This document shows, in pieces, positions 1 through 10,586 of a stretch of DNA of 64,000 nt (its first letter is position 1; every line of letters starts with the position of its first letter). The DNA comes from Nitrosopumilus sp. (GTDB taxonomy: Archaea > Thermoproteota > Nitrososphaeria > Nitrososphaerales > Nitrosopumilaceae), in NCBI GenBank assembly GCA_965224195.1, contig OZ245040.1, positions 1,248,001 through 1,312,000 on the forward strand, in the 5' to 3' direction. The notes under the pieces are model-generated. The model was not told the DNA's origin. It made no database searches and worked only from the letters and a program-made list of their open reading frames with translations. The translations under genes were made by a program, and so were the position numbers.

Positions 1-75
1 CATTTTATTTGATTAATTTACGTTTAAAAAATTGTGAAATTTGTATTTAAGTAAGAATTTCTTAATAAAATTAAA

Positions 76-273
76 TTGTCTAAATTAATTATTGAAAAAC
101 TCTTGGAACAACGTGATGCATATCTGAATACACTAAAAAATTTGGATTTTGAATTAGCCATTGGAGAGGACTCAGATATTAAAAAAATAGATAAATTCAA
201 AACCGATACTATTGAACAAATTAAAAAAGTAGAGCAAGAAATTGCATTTATTTATTTAAAAAATCCAAAATAG
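76..273 (+). CDS. small hypothetical coiled-coil protein
   Basis: 65-aa ORF, TTG start, co-oriented with the next gene. Confidence 0.6.
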   Translation: MSKLIIEKLLEQRDAYLNTLKNLDFELAIGEDSDIKKIDKFKTDTIEQIKKVEQEIAFIYLKNPK

Positions 274-310
274 GCACTGAGTTTATCAAACCCACAACAT
301 TACTTGATTT

Positions 311-1138
311 ATGATTGATGTATTGATAGAAAATTTGATTCAAATCAAGCAAGAATTTACAAAAAAATACACAGGTAACGCTCACATACAGGAAGTATTA
401 CCAAAAAATCAATCTACTAAATTTCCCATCGATGAAAAACATTTGAAACAGTTACATGATTTTATGGAAACAAACCCAATTTACTTTAATTCTTATGAAC
501 AACGAATTTTAGATGTAGATTGTATTATCTATGAAGGAGACATTAACGAATATTGGTTAAACAGTATTAAACACGGCTCAAGTTGTCAGCCCTTTTACCC
601 AACATGGATGATGTCAGCATATGTGATGACAAGCATTGCAAAAAAATTAAGGTATTCTGAATTGATAGATATTGGTTCAGGGGATGGGAGAATTGCATTT
701 TGTGGTAATGTAATCGGAATGGATTCACATAGTATTGAAATTGATGATACTCTAGTTGAATTACAAAAAACAATTAGTACATATACTAATCAAAATTTTA
801 ATCCGGTATGTCATGATGCATTAGAGTTTGATTATTCAAAATTAAATCTAAAAAAACCAATATTTTTCATTGGAGGTCTTGCTCAAATGGGGGGGGATGT
901 TTTAGCTACAAGTATTATTGATAGGATTAATTCTATTGAACATTTGAGAAAAGAAACTGGAATTGTATTTGCAGGAACAAATACCAAACGACAACTATCT
1001 GGAAATTTAGAAAATGGAGGATGGAGTAATTTAATTGAAAAACATGATCTAAAAGTTATCGATACTGTTTCATTACCTACAATTTGGACTTTTGATCAAG
1101 ATGTTGAAACACCATACATCTTTACAGAATTCAAATAA
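311..1138 (+). CDS. class I SAM-dependent methyltransferase-like protein
   Basis: LIDIGSGDGRIA motif I, SIEID, DAL. Confidence 0.7.
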   Translation: MIDVLIENLIQIKQEFTKKYTGNAHIQEVLPKNQSTKFPIDEKHLKQLHDFMETNPIYFNSYEQRILDVDCIIYEGDINEYWLNSIKHGSSCQPFYPTWMMSAYVMTSIAKKLRYSELIDIGSGDGRIAFCGNVIGMDSHSIEIDDTLVELQKTISTYTNQNFNPVCHDALEFDYSKLNLKKPIFFIGGLAQMGGDVLATSIIDRINSIEHLRKETGIVFAGTNTKRQLSGNLENGGWSNLIEKHDLKVIDTVSLPTIWTFDQDVETPYIFTEFK

Positions 1139-1439
1139 CTTGAAAAAAATAATTTCCATTATTAATCCCACATTTTGAAATTTTTACATATTTTCCTATT
1201 TCCGGAGTAACCGAAATCTTGGCTATTATCCTAATAGTATTTTCAAACTCTACCATGCAGAAAAACTGATCATTTTGCCTTGAAAATTCAATAATTTCAC
1301 CTTCAAAATCTCCTTCTTTTAGATGAACATTTCCAAAACAATGATTACAAATCTCCGATGGTGGCCATACAATTTTTTTACATTCATCACATTCTGGAAT
1401 ACAGAATTTACCTTCAACTAATTTACCTTCAAAACTCAT
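1131..1439 (-). CDS. DUF35-type Zn-ribbon/OB-fold protein (thiolase partner)
   Basis: CxxC...PP..CxxC followed by an OB-like region; overlaps the thiolase stop. Confidence 0.8.
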   Translation of the reverse strand: MSFEGKLVEGKFCIPECDECKKIVWPPSEICNHCFGNVHLKEGDFEGEIIEFSRQNDQFFCMVEFENTIRIIAKISVTPEIGKYVKISKCGINNGNYFFQVI

Positions 1440-2554
1440 TTCTCTAATACCAATACAGTTGAAGATGTTGCAGCAGCTGACATATTATGAACTAATCCTA
1501 CTTGTGGATTTTCTGTTTGCCTATTCCCTGCATTTAATTGAAGTTGTTGTATAATTTCAATAGTTTGTGCAATTCCAGTAGCACCTAAAGGATGTCCTGT
1601 ACCAATTAAACCTCCTCTTGGATTAATTTTAAAATTATTTGTCTCGTGTAACTCTTTAACCATATCTGTACCTTTTCCATTATTTACAAATCCTAGAGAT
1701 TCTAGTGCCATAGGTTCACAAACAGAAAATGCATCGTGAATTTCTGCAACATCTATGTTTTTAATATTTTTATCAGCCATTTTTAATGCTGCTTGACCTG
1801 CAAGTTTTGTAGATTCCATTGAACTAAATGAAATATTTTTTGTAAATCCTGCTGAAATTGTTTTTTGGCCAATCCCTGTTAACCATACTGGGTTTTCTGA
1901 TAGTTGACTAATTTTTTCTTCTGAACCAAGAATTATGGATGCGCTACCGGTACATGGTCTGGAACAATCAAGTAATCTTAGATCCTCTGTTAGTTTTTTA
2001 GAATTTAAGACGTCATCTATTGAATATGTTTTGTTTGACAACGCATTTGGATTATTTTTTGCTTGTTTGTGATTTTTAACAGATACAACTGCTAATTGTT
2101 CATCAGAAATTCTATATTCTCGTTTGTATGATTTTGCAAATATCGATGCCCAAAATATTGGATGTTTGTATTCCCCTCGGGAATTATCCCATTCTAAAAT
2201 TTGGCCTGGACTATCATATCTTTCAGCACCCGACACTAACACCATATCTGCCAAACCTGACGCTATGTAAGAATATGCTGAAACTATAGAATTTGTGCCT
2301 GAATTACATAGGCTTTCTATGGTATGAGATGTATTAGGTTGAATTCCTGCCATTTCTGACAATATGGGGGAGAGATATTTTGAATTGTTATTTGTAGACA
2401 CTAAAACTGCATCTACATCATTTCTATTAATTTCAGGATTGTTTTTGAAAAGTTCTTTTGTTGAATTTAGTAAGACTGTTTCAATTTTTTGATCATCTTT
2501 TGAAAATGGAGTTATCCCATACCCAACTATTCCAACTTTATTCATTTCATTCAT
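1436..2554 (-). CDS. thiolase family protein (acetyl-CoA C-acyltransferase)
   Basis: ESLCNSG, EIHDAF, NPRGGLIGTGHPLGATG motifs. Confidence 0.9.
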   Translation of the reverse strand: MNEMNKVGIVGYGITPFSKDDQKIETVLLNSTKELFKNNPEINRNDVDAVLVSTNNNSKYLSPILSEMAGIQPNTSHTIESLCNSGTNSIVSAYSYIASGLADMVLVSGAERYDSPGQILEWDNSRGEYKHPIFWASIFAKSYKREYRISDEQLAVVSVKNHKQAKNNPNALSNKTYSIDDVLNSKKLTEDLRLLDCSRPCTGSASIILGSEEKISQLSENPVWLTGIGQKTISAGFTKNISFSSMESTKLAGQAALKMADKNIKNIDVAEIHDAFSVCEPMALESLGFVNNGKGTDMVKELHETNNFKINPRGGLIGTGHPLGATGIAQTIEIIQQLQLNAGNRQTENPQVGLVHNMSAAATSSTVLVLEK

Positions 2555-3512
2555 CCAAAAATGTTTTCTTAAATAATTGGAAAGAATCTAATGTTTTTCC
2601 AATGGGGTTAAATTGTAAAATAGGCTGGTCAATCCCTACACTAACAAAATCATTTAATTGTTTCTTACATTGTTCAGATGTACCGCATATTGTAAGTGAT
2701 TTTAACATGGAATCTGAAACTAATTCATGATTTGATTTGAATCCTGATTTTTTAAATTCTTCAAAAATATTTTTTGTTTCAGATAAATATCCATTTTTTG
2801 CTAAAAATTCTCGATATATTTCTCCAACGGAAATATAGAAGGCAATTGTTTTTTTAGCTCTTTGAATCGCTTTTTTAGAATCTTCTGAAACACAAGTAAT
2901 CAATTGACATGTAACATCAATCTGTTTCTTTGATTGCATTTTTGATATTGTTTCTTTCATTTCATTTAATGGTCGAAGGTAGAAAATTACCCCATCACCA
3001 ACATTCCAAGCTAAATCTACCATTTTTTTGTTAATTGCTGCAACATAAATTGGAATTTTATTTCTTTGTGGTTTTATTAATAATGTAAAATTATTTAATT
3101 TAAAAATATCTCCATCATAATTGATTTGTTTGCCTGATAATGCGAGACGAATAATTTCTACATATTCTTTCATTCTTTGTAGAGGGTTTTCAAATTTGTT
3201 CCCATGAAAAGATTCTACAATAGGAACACTACTAGTCCCCAACCCTAAAACCAATCTTCCATCAGATAGTGAATCTATTGTTGCAGCACCCATGGCGATA
3301 GTTGATGGACTTCTAGAATAGATGTTAATTATTGATGAGCCTATTTTTTGAATACTAGTTTTTGATGAGACTGCCCCTAATATGGAAAAGTTCTCCATTC
3401 CCCAGGTCTCAGGAACCCAAATAGTGTCTGTTTTTGTCTGTGAAATAATTTCTGAGCATTGTAATACCTCATCTATTGAGAGTAATGATCCCAGACTACA
3501 TGCCACACGCAT
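2547..3512 (-). CDS. LLM-class (probably F420-dependent) oxidoreductase
   Basis: WVPE, RSP..IAM...TID.LSDGR.VLGLG, IPIYVAA motifs. Confidence 0.85.
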   Translation of the reverse strand: MRVACSLGSLLSIDEVLQCSEIISQTKTDTIWVPETWGMENFSILGAVSSKTSIQKIGSSIINIYSRSPSTIAMGAATIDSLSDGRLVLGLGTSSVPIVESFHGNKFENPLQRMKEYVEIIRLALSGKQINYDGDIFKLNNFTLLIKPQRNKIPIYVAAINKKMVDLAWNVGDGVIFYLRPLNEMKETISKMQSKKQIDVTCQLITCVSEDSKKAIQRAKKTIAFYISVGEIYREFLAKNGYLSETKNIFEEFKKSGFKSNHELVSDSMLKSLTICGTSEQCKKQLNDFVSVGIDQPILQFNPIGKTLDSFQLFKKTFLDE

Positions 3513-3603
3513 GAATTTAGTATGACTTTTGAATATTCTAGTGTATCTGTTTTAGTAATAGGTTAATTTTGATTGAGGCCGAGGATTATCAGATCAAAAC
3601 ATA

Positions 3604-3759
3604 ATGAAAATTATGAGTCTACAACTATTCTCAGAAAAACATGCAGAAAAAGCATCCTTTTGGGATGATGCCACAAAATATGCCTCAATTAGCAAAGATG
3701 AATCATTTGTTGAAGAAATAGCATATTGTATGGTCACACTACATAGAACAGGTGCATAA
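3604..3759 (+). CDS. small hypothetical protein (51 aa)
   Basis: manual translation MKIMSLQLFSEKHAEKASFWDDATKY...LHRTGA; fills the intergenic gap. Confidence 0.5.
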   Translation: MKIMSLQLFSEKHAEKASFWDDATKYASISKDESFVEEIAYCMVTLHRTGA

Positions 3760-3770
3760 ATTTCAAAAAT

Positions 3771-4439
3771 CTATTTTATTATTTTCTCTACTTCTGAAGA
3801 ACATTCTTCCATATCTTTGAATGAATCAACTGAATACCATTTTACGTTTTTAAATTTTACAAGATGAAGTTTTCCATTTTTGGCATAATCTGGAAAAATG
3901 GTTTTTTCAATATCTCCTTTAGTAGGCAAGTCTTTTAGAATATTTTTTTGAAGATGATATATCCCGGCATTCATCCATAAATCAGAAATTTCTTTCTTTT
4001 CTTTAAATTGGGTAATTTTATCATTCTTTGTTTCTAAAATTCCAAATTTTGTTCTCAACTCTACAGCAGCTATAGAGTTATCAATTTTTGATAATTTTTT
4101 TAAATCAATATTTGTAATAGTGTCGCCATTGATTACAAAAAATGATTTGTCTTTAATCATTTTTGCAGCTTTTTTAATTGCTCCACCAGTTCCTAGGGGG
4201 GATTTTTCTATAGAGTATTTTATTTTAATTCCAATTTTTTTTGAGTCTAAATAATTTTCAATCATCTCTTGTTTGTATCCTGTACATATGATAACTTCAT
4301 CAATTTCAAATTTTTTTAAATATTTTAATTGCCATTCTATGATTGGAATATTTTTAATCGGCACTAGGGGTTTTGGAACATAATCTGTAATGGGTCTTAA
4401 TCTTTTACCTCTACCTCCAGCTAAAATTATGGCTTTCAT
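3771..4439 (-). CDS. sugar-phosphate nucleotidyltransferase
   Basis: ILAGGRGKRLRPIT..PKPL, PLGTGGA, NGD. Confidence 0.9.
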   Translation of the reverse strand: MKAIILAGGRGKRLRPITDYVPKPLVPIKNIPIIEWQLKYLKKFEIDEVIICTGYKQEMIENYLDSKKIGIKIKYSIEKSPLGTGGAIKKAAKMIKDKSFFVINGDTITNIDLKKLSKIDNSIAAVELRTKFGILETKNDKITQFKEKKEISDLWMNAGIYHLQKNILKDLPTKGDIEKTIFPDYAKNGKLHLVKFKNVKWYSVDSFKDMEECSSEVEKIIK

Positions 4440-4688
4440 CTATTTTTTGGGGGGTTTTTCAGGTTTTATGTTTTCAGAATTTACAAGATCTTCCATTTTT
4501 TTTGCAAACTCATTGTATATTTTTTCAAGATCTTTTAATGGCATCTCAATACCCAATAATTTCATCGTTTTATTCCAAGATTCAATATATTTCTCATCAT
4601 CTAGTCCTTTCCCGAGAGTTTCTGCAATAGAATGAACTCCTTCAGTTTTTCCTAGAGCGTAAATTGCAATATCTTTGTCAGTTAGCAA
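4440..4688 (-). CDS. hypothetical protein
   Basis: 82-aa ORF abutting the nucleotidyltransferase. Confidence 0.6.
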   Translation of the reverse strand: MLTDKDIAIYALGKTEGVHSIAETLGKGLDDEKYIESWNKTMKLLGIEMPLKDLEKIYNEFAKKMEDLVNSENIKPEKPPKK

Positions 4689-4816
4689 GATTTTTTACTT
4701 TCTGTAAGGTAATAGTGTAATTCAGTATAGCATTCCACACAATAGTCTTCAAATTTAGTATGGTCACAATCATACACCTTGTTTACATCATTTTCACATT
4801 TTGCACAAGTAGTCAT
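4682..4816 (-). CDS. small Cys-rich Zn-binding protein (44 aa)
   Basis: manual translation MTTCAKCENDVNKVYDCDHTKFEDYCVECYTELHYY...; in an operon-like run. Confidence 0.6.
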   Translation of the reverse strand: MTTCAKCENDVNKVYDCDHTKFEDYCVECYTELHYYLTESKKSC

Positions 4817-4825
4817 GCTAATTGT

Positions 4826-5239
4826 TTAAGATTTTTTGATTTTAAGTATGCCTAAACCGATTTGAATTGAACCTACAACAATTAATGGGGCTGCTTCGGC
4901 CATTACATCTCTTCCAGACTCTTCAGCTGCTACAGGATCTGCATTGTCAATAACAACGGCTCCGCCCACTATGATCAAAATACCTGCAATTATGATCAAT
5001 CCGCCTAATCCTTTAGATGGTTCTTTTCTAGAAATAAAATATGCGATAAACGGCAAAATTAATGTCGGACTACCAATGGCCATACCTCTAATTTTATGAT
5101 CAAAAGGAATGAAACCTTCGCCACTATCAGAACTTAATCCAACGGCAACATCTGCTCCATAAACTACCAATAATGCAATTGCAATTCCAGTAAGGATTAA
5201 TGCAGGGGTTAAAGCCATACACAAATTCCCTTTCATCAA
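4826..5239 (-). CDS. hypothetical membrane protein (~4 TM)
   Basis: multiple hydrophobic segments. Confidence 0.65.
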   Translation of the reverse strand: MMKGNLCMALTPALILTGIAIALLVVYGADVAVGLSSDSGEGFIPFDHKIRGMAIGSPTLILPFIAYFISRKEPSKGLGGLIIIAGILIIVGGAVVIDNADPVAAEESGRDVMAEAAPLIVVGSIQIGLGILKIKKS

Positions 5240-5248
5240 TTAATAAAT

Positions 5249-6394
5249 CTAATTAGAAGATTTGATAACTATTTTTGGTAATAGCAATTGTAGGGCGTTC
5301 AAAAGATCATGAATTGACTCATCTTGCATTCCGACAATATTGATATGGCCTAGTTTTCGTAAAGGTTTTGAAATTTTCTTACCATACATTTTTAAAAACA
5401 CTCCCGATTCAGATATCTCTAGAGGCAGGTATTCTCCAGTAAAACTATCATCCCCCAAAATATTGTACATTATAGAATTATGCTTTAATTTGGTACTTCC
5501 TAGTTCCATGCCCAAAATTGCCCTTAGATGTTGTTCAAATTGAGATGTTTCACTAGATTGTAATGTATGATGTCCAGAATTATGAACTCTAGGAGCGATT
5601 TCATTAATCATCACATCGTCATTGTTAGTTACAAACATCTCTATGCCAAATATCCCTGCCCCTTTTAATACGGACATTGTTTTCTCAGCTATTTTTTCTG
5701 CTTTCTCTGAAATATTTTTAGAAACTCTAGCAGGAGCTATAGTTTCTCTCAAAATATTTTCTTTATGAATATTTTCAACTAGAGGATATGTTTTGATTTG
5801 CCCTTTTGTATTTCTTGATGCAATTACAGAAACTTCCATTCTAAATGGTACAAATTTTTCTAAAAGTAAGGGCTGACCTTTAAAATAATCAAATGCAGTT
5901 TGGATCTCTTCTTCAGAATTAATTTTAAAATTTCCGCGTCCATCATATGCATCTCTACGTGCTTTTAGCATGGCAGGAATTCCGAATTTTTTTAAACCTG
6001 TTTTAACATCATCGATATTTTTTATTTCAATAAATTCAGGAACTGAAATATCATTTTCTCTAAGGAATGATTTTTGTAAAAATTTGTCTTGAATTATTTT
6101 TAATGTGTCTGGGGAAGGGTTAATTTCAGATTTATATTCTACAGATTTTAAAACGTCACTGTCTCCGGATTCAATCTCATAGGTAATGATGTCACACTTT
6201 GTTGCCAAATCAATTATTGCCTTGTGGTCTTTAAAATCAGCAATAATTTGCGTAGCTCCAACTTGTACTGCAGGACAATTTTCAGTAGGATCTAGTACGA
6301 TAATTTCAGATATTTCATCAGGCATTTTTTTGGCAGCTTCTGTAATCATCATTCCTAATTGACCCCCACCAATAAGTCCCAGGATTTTTCCCAT
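5249..6394 (-). CDS. purK: N5-carboxyaminoimidazole ribonucleotide synthase
   Basis: GGGQLG, YDGRGN, NEIAPRVHNSGH, RKLGH; divergent from purE. Confidence 0.95.
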   Translation of the reverse strand: MGKILGLIGGGQLGMMITEAAKKMPDEISEIIVLDPTENCPAVQVGATQIIADFKDHKAIIDLATKCDIITYEIESGDSDVLKSVEYKSEINPSPDTLKIIQDKFLQKSFLRENDISVPEFIEIKNIDDVKTGLKKFGIPAMLKARRDAYDGRGNFKINSEEEIQTAFDYFKGQPLLLEKFVPFRMEVSVIASRNTKGQIKTYPLVENIHKENILRETIAPARVSKNISEKAEKIAEKTMSVLKGAGIFGIEMFVTNNDDVMINEIAPRVHNSGHHTLQSSETSQFEQHLRAILGMELGSTKLKHNSIMYNILGDDSFTGEYLPLEISESGVFLKMYGKKISKPLRKLGHINIVGMQDESIHDLLNALQLLLPKIVIKSSN

Positions 6395-6499
6395 ATCACA
6401 ATGATATTTTTCGATTAAAAAAATCTAATGTCGATATACGAAATATATCTGAATTTTTGTAATAGAATTGTTAATTACTCTCTAGTTTTTCATATTATC

Positions 6500-7075
6500 A
6501 TGGCATATTCTAAAAAACCCCTTGTTGGAATTATTATGGGATCAAGTTCTGATAGTAGAATTATGCAAGAGGCAGCAGAAATTTTAGATGAGTATAAAAT
6601 TAAACATGAAGATCAAATCGTATCGGCACATAGAACTCCTGCGAGATTGGCAGAATATGCTAAACATGCAGAAAAAATGGGATTTAAAATCATTATTGCT
6701 GGTGCAGGAGGAGCTGCGCATTTACCTGGAATGATTGCATCTCACACAACAATACCTGTAATTGGAGTACCAATTCTTGTTTACAATGACAAGCATCACA
6801 AAAAAACAAATACTGAAAAATTTTCTGCATTTGGTGGTTTGGATTCATTATTATCCATAACTGAAATGCCGTCTGGTTCTTCAGTAGTTGTAGTTGGAGT
6901 AAACAAAGCAGGTAATGCTGGGATATATGCAATGAAAATTCTTGCAAATGAATTTTCAAGTTTGAAAAAGGAATTAAAACAACACAAATCAAATCAACAT
7001 GATTCTGTTATGAAAGAATCAGATCAATTAAAGAAACAAGGTCTTTCAAAATTTGCAAAGAAAAAGTTCAAGTGA
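6500..7075 (+). CDS. purE: N5-CAIR mutase
   Basis: IIMGSSSD, SAHRTP, AGAGGAAHLPG, GGLDSLLS; probable start MAYSKK. Confidence 0.95.
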   Translation: MAYSKKPLVGIIMGSSSDSRIMQEAAEILDEYKIKHEDQIVSAHRTPARLAEYAKHAEKMGFKIIIAGAGGAAHLPGMIASHTTIPVIGVPILVYNDKHHKKTNTEKFSAFGGLDSLLSITEMPSGSSVVVVGVNKAGNAGIYAMKILANEFSSLKKELKQHKSNQHDSVMKESDQLKKQGLSKFAKKKFK

Positions 7076-7076
7076 T

Positions 7077-8285
7077 CTAAGTCAATAAAGTGAATTGGAT
7101 GTTCTTCTTCTTTAATGAATTAATTAGCAATTGAGCTTGTTCTTTTCCTTGTATTTCTAGACTTAATGTAACTCCTGCAGAACCTGCATCAATATCCGAA
7201 CTTAGTCTGTCATGCACAACTTCGATAATGTTGGCATTGGCTAGAGATATTTCATATATAACGTCTTTGAAAGCACCAGGTCTATCAGGCAACAATACAG
7301 AGATTTTAAGCAATCTTCCCATTGCGGCCAACCCTTTGTCTACAATTTGTCCTAAAAGATACATGTCTACATTTCCACCAGCCAAAACAGCTACAACTTT
7401 CTTTCCTACTGCTGGTTTTTTTGATATCAAATACGCTAAACTTGAAGCACCTGCAGGTTCCACTACAAACTTCATTCTCTCCATTAGTAGAAACATTGCC
7501 TTTATGATTTCAACATCATCTACTAGAACTATTTCATCTATCAGTTCTTTTATTATTGTAAATGTCAATTGTCCTGGAACTTTAACAGAAATACCATCAG
7601 CTATAGTTCTATCCCCTCCACTAGAAATGATAGACCCTTGTTTTACTGAATCATACATTGATGGGAATGATTTTGATTGTACTCCTATAACTTTGATTTT
7701 TGGGTTTTTTTCTTTAATTGCAATTAAAGTACCTGCTGCCAATCCGCCACCACCTATAGGTACATAAATCTCATCTACATCTGGTAAATCCTCTAGTATT
7801 TCTAATCCAATTACTCCTTGTGCAGCAATTATTTGTGGATCATCAAATGCATGAATCATAATGGCACCTGTTTCTTTTGCTATTTCTTTTGCTCTAGATG
7901 ATGATTCATCATAGTTTACACCCTCCAAAATTACATTTGCACCATAACCTCTAGTTGCAGCTACTTTTGCAGGAGATGCATTTTTTGGCATTACAATAGT
8001 ACATGGAATTTTTTCTAATGATGCTGCAAATGCAACACCTTGTCCATGATTCCCTGCTGAAGCTGCAACTACACCGTGTTTTTTTTCTTCATCTGATAAT
8101 GATTTAATTTTAAAATAGGCTCCACGAATTTTAAACGAACCAGTTTTTTGTCTAAATTCTGCTTTTAGATATACATCGGATCCTGTTAACTCACTAAATG
8201 TAGGAGTATGTATCAGAGGCGTTTTCTTTATTTCATTTCCTCTTAATGCATTTGCCGTTAGTATATCATCAAATGTAGGGTTCAT
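7077..8285 (-). CDS. ilvA: threonine ammonia-lyase (PLP-dependent, C-terminal ACT domain)
   Basis: QKTGSFKIRGA, ASAGNHGQG, PIGGGGL, DRPG. Confidence 0.92.
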   Translation of the reverse strand: MNPTFDDILTANALRGNEIKKTPLIHTPTFSELTGSDVYLKAEFRQKTGSFKIRGAYFKIKSLSDEEKKHGVVAASAGNHGQGVAFAASLEKIPCTIVMPKNASPAKVAATRGYGANVILEGVNYDESSSRAKEIAKETGAIMIHAFDDPQIIAAQGVIGLEILEDLPDVDEIYVPIGGGGLAAGTLIAIKEKNPKIKVIGVQSKSFPSMYDSVKQGSIISSGGDRTIADGISVKVPGQLTFTIIKELIDEIVLVDDVEIIKAMFLLMERMKFVVEPAGASSLAYLISKKPAVGKKVVAVLAGGNVDMYLLGQIVDKGLAAMGRLLKISVLLPDRPGAFKDVIYEISLANANIIEVVHDRLSSDIDAGSAGVTLSLEIQGKEQAQLLINSLKKKNIQFTLLT

Positions 8286-8409
8286 TGGAAATGATGCTAT
8301 TGATTTGGCGTATTTGTCTTCTTCTATCTAAAAATTGTATTTTTAGTCAAATTTTACGCATAAAATTGAGGAATGCCTAAATAGTTAAAAAATCTCGTTG
8401 AAAGTATAT

Positions 8410-8461
8410 CCAGTGGCCGAATCTCCCCTTTGAGATAATATCTCATTTTTCGGTCACTTGG
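8410..8461. other. GC-rich branched stem-loop, candidate small ncRNA or 3' structure
   Basis: CCAGTGGCCGAA pairs with TTCGGTCACTTGG; inner hairpin TGAGAT-AAT-ATCTCA. Confidence 0.4.
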
Positions 8462-8467
8462 GTTTTA

Positions 8468-9307
8468 TTATGATGAAATGATTGTTCCAAGTTCAGTTAA
8501 TCTTTTTAGAATATTCTCTTTTACAGCATCTGAAATTTTTCTAGGATCAAATACCCCTTCACGGTTACCGTTTTTAACAAATTCTAAATCTAATGAAAGT
8601 AAACATCCTTCTTCACCTGAAACCAATCTAGGATCATCAATTAACACAGGAGATGTTTGATAAATTTCAAGTAAAAGTGAATCTAGTTCTGAAAATAATT
8701 TAATCTTTTTTTCAGACAATTCTTGAAAATCAACTCCTGCATCTTTTTGAATTTCCGCAAATACTTTTTCTCTAAATTCATTATTTTCATAAAATACCTC
8801 AAATAGTTTTTGATGATCAAAATCTTTGTATCCCATCTCTTTTAATTTATTTAATACTAATTGATCACTGCTATCTGAAAGTTGCTCCTGTTCATTTTTA
8901 GTTAAATCTACAATTTCTGCTAGTTCTTTCTGACAATCAATTACTCTTTGATCTGGCTTATAATACAACAATACATGAAATTGTAAAGATATGTGTCCTG
9001 ATATCAAGTAGTTTCCTTCGTTAATCTCAAATTTTGTAAAAATTCTCCTAACATCCTGATTGTTTGTAATGGATACATCTTGAACAGACCATTCTTTGAG
9101 AGAATCATTAATTTTTTGAAAATAATCTGTAACTTGTTTTGGATCAAATGTTTTTTGATCTGTAATGGTTGAATCACCCAGCATTACTTTGACATCAATC
9201 ATTTTTGTAAAATCTACCATTTTTGGAAGATATAATTTTTGAATTGATTCATTCTTTTCATTTAAGATTTGAATAAATTCATTAGTTGATCGGGAACCTA
9301 ATCTCAC
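8468..9307 (-). CDS. hypothetical protein
   Basis: 279-aa ORF with typical composition. Confidence 0.75.
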   Translation of the reverse strand: MRLGSRSTNEFIQILNEKNESIQKLYLPKMVDFTKMIDVKVMLGDSTITDQKTFDPKQVTDYFQKINDSLKEWSVQDVSITNNQDVRRIFTKFEINEGNYLISGHISLQFHVLLYYKPDQRVIDCQKELAEIVDLTKNEQEQLSDSSDQLVLNKLKEMGYKDFDHQKLFEVFYENNEFREKVFAEIQKDAGVDFQELSEKKIKLFSELDSLLLEIYQTSPVLIDDPRLVSGEEGCLLSLDLEFVKNGNREGVFDPRKISDAVKENILKRLTELGTIISS

Positions 9308-9380
9308 AGGGAATATCTAAAAAATGCTCTCCTTAAACCTTCATCCGTAAATCTAAATAGATTAAAACGGTATCATAGGT

Positions 9381-9503
9381 ATGGAAAATTCAAAAATTAT
9401 TTGCGATAATTGTAGTGCAGATATTACAGAATATTATCATGAGGGATACAAGGGTAACAGAGGTAAGTGCTTACAATGTGGAGTGGATTTTCCTCTAGAA
9501 TAA
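9381..9503 (+). CDS. small Zn-ribbon protein (40 aa)
   Basis: MENSKIICDNC...RGKCLQCGVDFPLE; followed by a GGTGA RBS for the cyclase. Confidence 0.6.
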   Translation: MENSKIICDNCSADITEYYHEGYKGNRGKCLQCGVDFPLE

Positions 9504-9513
9504 GGTGATTTGA

Positions 9514-10311
9514 ATGACTAAAGAAGAAATTAACACAAACCAAGATTTAGACAATACTGACCAACCTAATAATGTTGTAGATATGTTACTTAGTAAAAAT
9601 CAGATTCAAACTTTAGATTCTGAAACGATGATTTTAGAAACTCAAAAACGTGTTTGGGCTGCTCTGAAAAAAGGCTATGAGTATTCTGGATTAATTGATG
9701 AATCAGATGCATTTCTAAGAAAAAATGTTTTTTCAAAATTAGATATGGTTGTACTCTATGTGGATTTAGTAGGTTCTACCACGATGACATTGGAAATGCC
9801 TCCAGAAAAAATTGCAATCATTATAAGTTCATTTTCTCAAGAAATGGCAGCAGTAATTAGACAACATCACGGGTATGTTTTAAAATTTGTAGGAGATGCA
9901 GTTATTGGTTATTTTGTGGGTGAAGGGATGCATATAGGGGACAATGCTGTGAATTGTGCAAAGTCAATGATCTCAATTATTCAAAAAGGGATAAATCCAA
10001 TTCTAAACCAATATGATTATCCTGATTTGATGGTAAAGGTTGGAGTTGATTTTGGTCAAAACATCGTTGTAAGATATGGTGCAGATGTTGAACATTCTCA
10101 TGTGGATTTAATGGGTCCTGCAATGAATATTGCAGCTAAAATTCAAAACATGGCAAAACCAAATCAAATTTTGATAGGTAAGGATGTATTCGAAAGATTA
10201 CATCCTAGTTTTCAAAAAGATTTCAAACAAATAGTTTGGTCAAAAGGCGAATGGAAGTATCGTTCAAGAATTACAGGAGAAACCTACAATGTGTACGAAT
10301 TTAAAGGATGA
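9514..10311 (+). CDS. class III adenylate/guanylate cyclase domain protein
   Basis: YVDLVGST, LKFVGDAV, DLMGPAMNIAAKIQ. Confidence 0.9.
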   Translation: MTKEEINTNQDLDNTDQPNNVVDMLLSKNQIQTLDSETMILETQKRVWAALKKGYEYSGLIDESDAFLRKNVFSKLDMVVLYVDLVGSTTMTLEMPPEKIAIIISSFSQEMAAVIRQHHGYVLKFVGDAVIGYFVGEGMHIGDNAVNCAKSMISIIQKGINPILNQYDYPDLMVKVGVDFGQNIVVRYGADVEHSHVDLMGPAMNIAAKIQNMAKPNQILIGKDVFERLHPSFQKDFKQIVWSKGEWKYRSRITGETYNVYEFKG

Positions 10312-10314
10312 ATC

Positions 10315-10461
10315 TTAGACTGTAAAATTATCTGGACATTCCACATGTTCATAGTGATGCTCTGTAAATTTTTCTTGAACTACATAAATCACAATTTTAT
10401 GAAGATCTTTTTCTCCGATGTTTTTTTTACATTTTAGACATGCCTTTTTTGATTGTTCCAT
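10315..10461 (-). CDS. small Zn-binding protein (48 aa)
   Basis: MEQSKKACLKC...HYEHVECPDNFTV. Confidence 0.55.
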   Translation of the reverse strand: MEQSKKACLKCKKNIGEKDLHKIVIYVVQEKFTEHHYEHVECPDNFTV

Positions 10462-10586
10462 GTGTATTTGCGATCCAAACTGCGAATCTATAAGGATCTG
10501 CGATCAGCTCAAGTTGAGCTAAAACTCCTGAGAATTGAGTTAATGGTATATCAAATGCGTAAAGCAAGCCACAAATATAGCAAATA

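Noticed and set aside
1131-3512. novel LLM-thiolase-DUF35 pathway
   Set aside because: Thiolase-DUF35 pairing is common in archaea; nothing unusual visible.
7228-7767. long antisense ORFs (also 35079-35621 and similar)
   Set aside because: Shadows of well-supported genes on the opposite strand.
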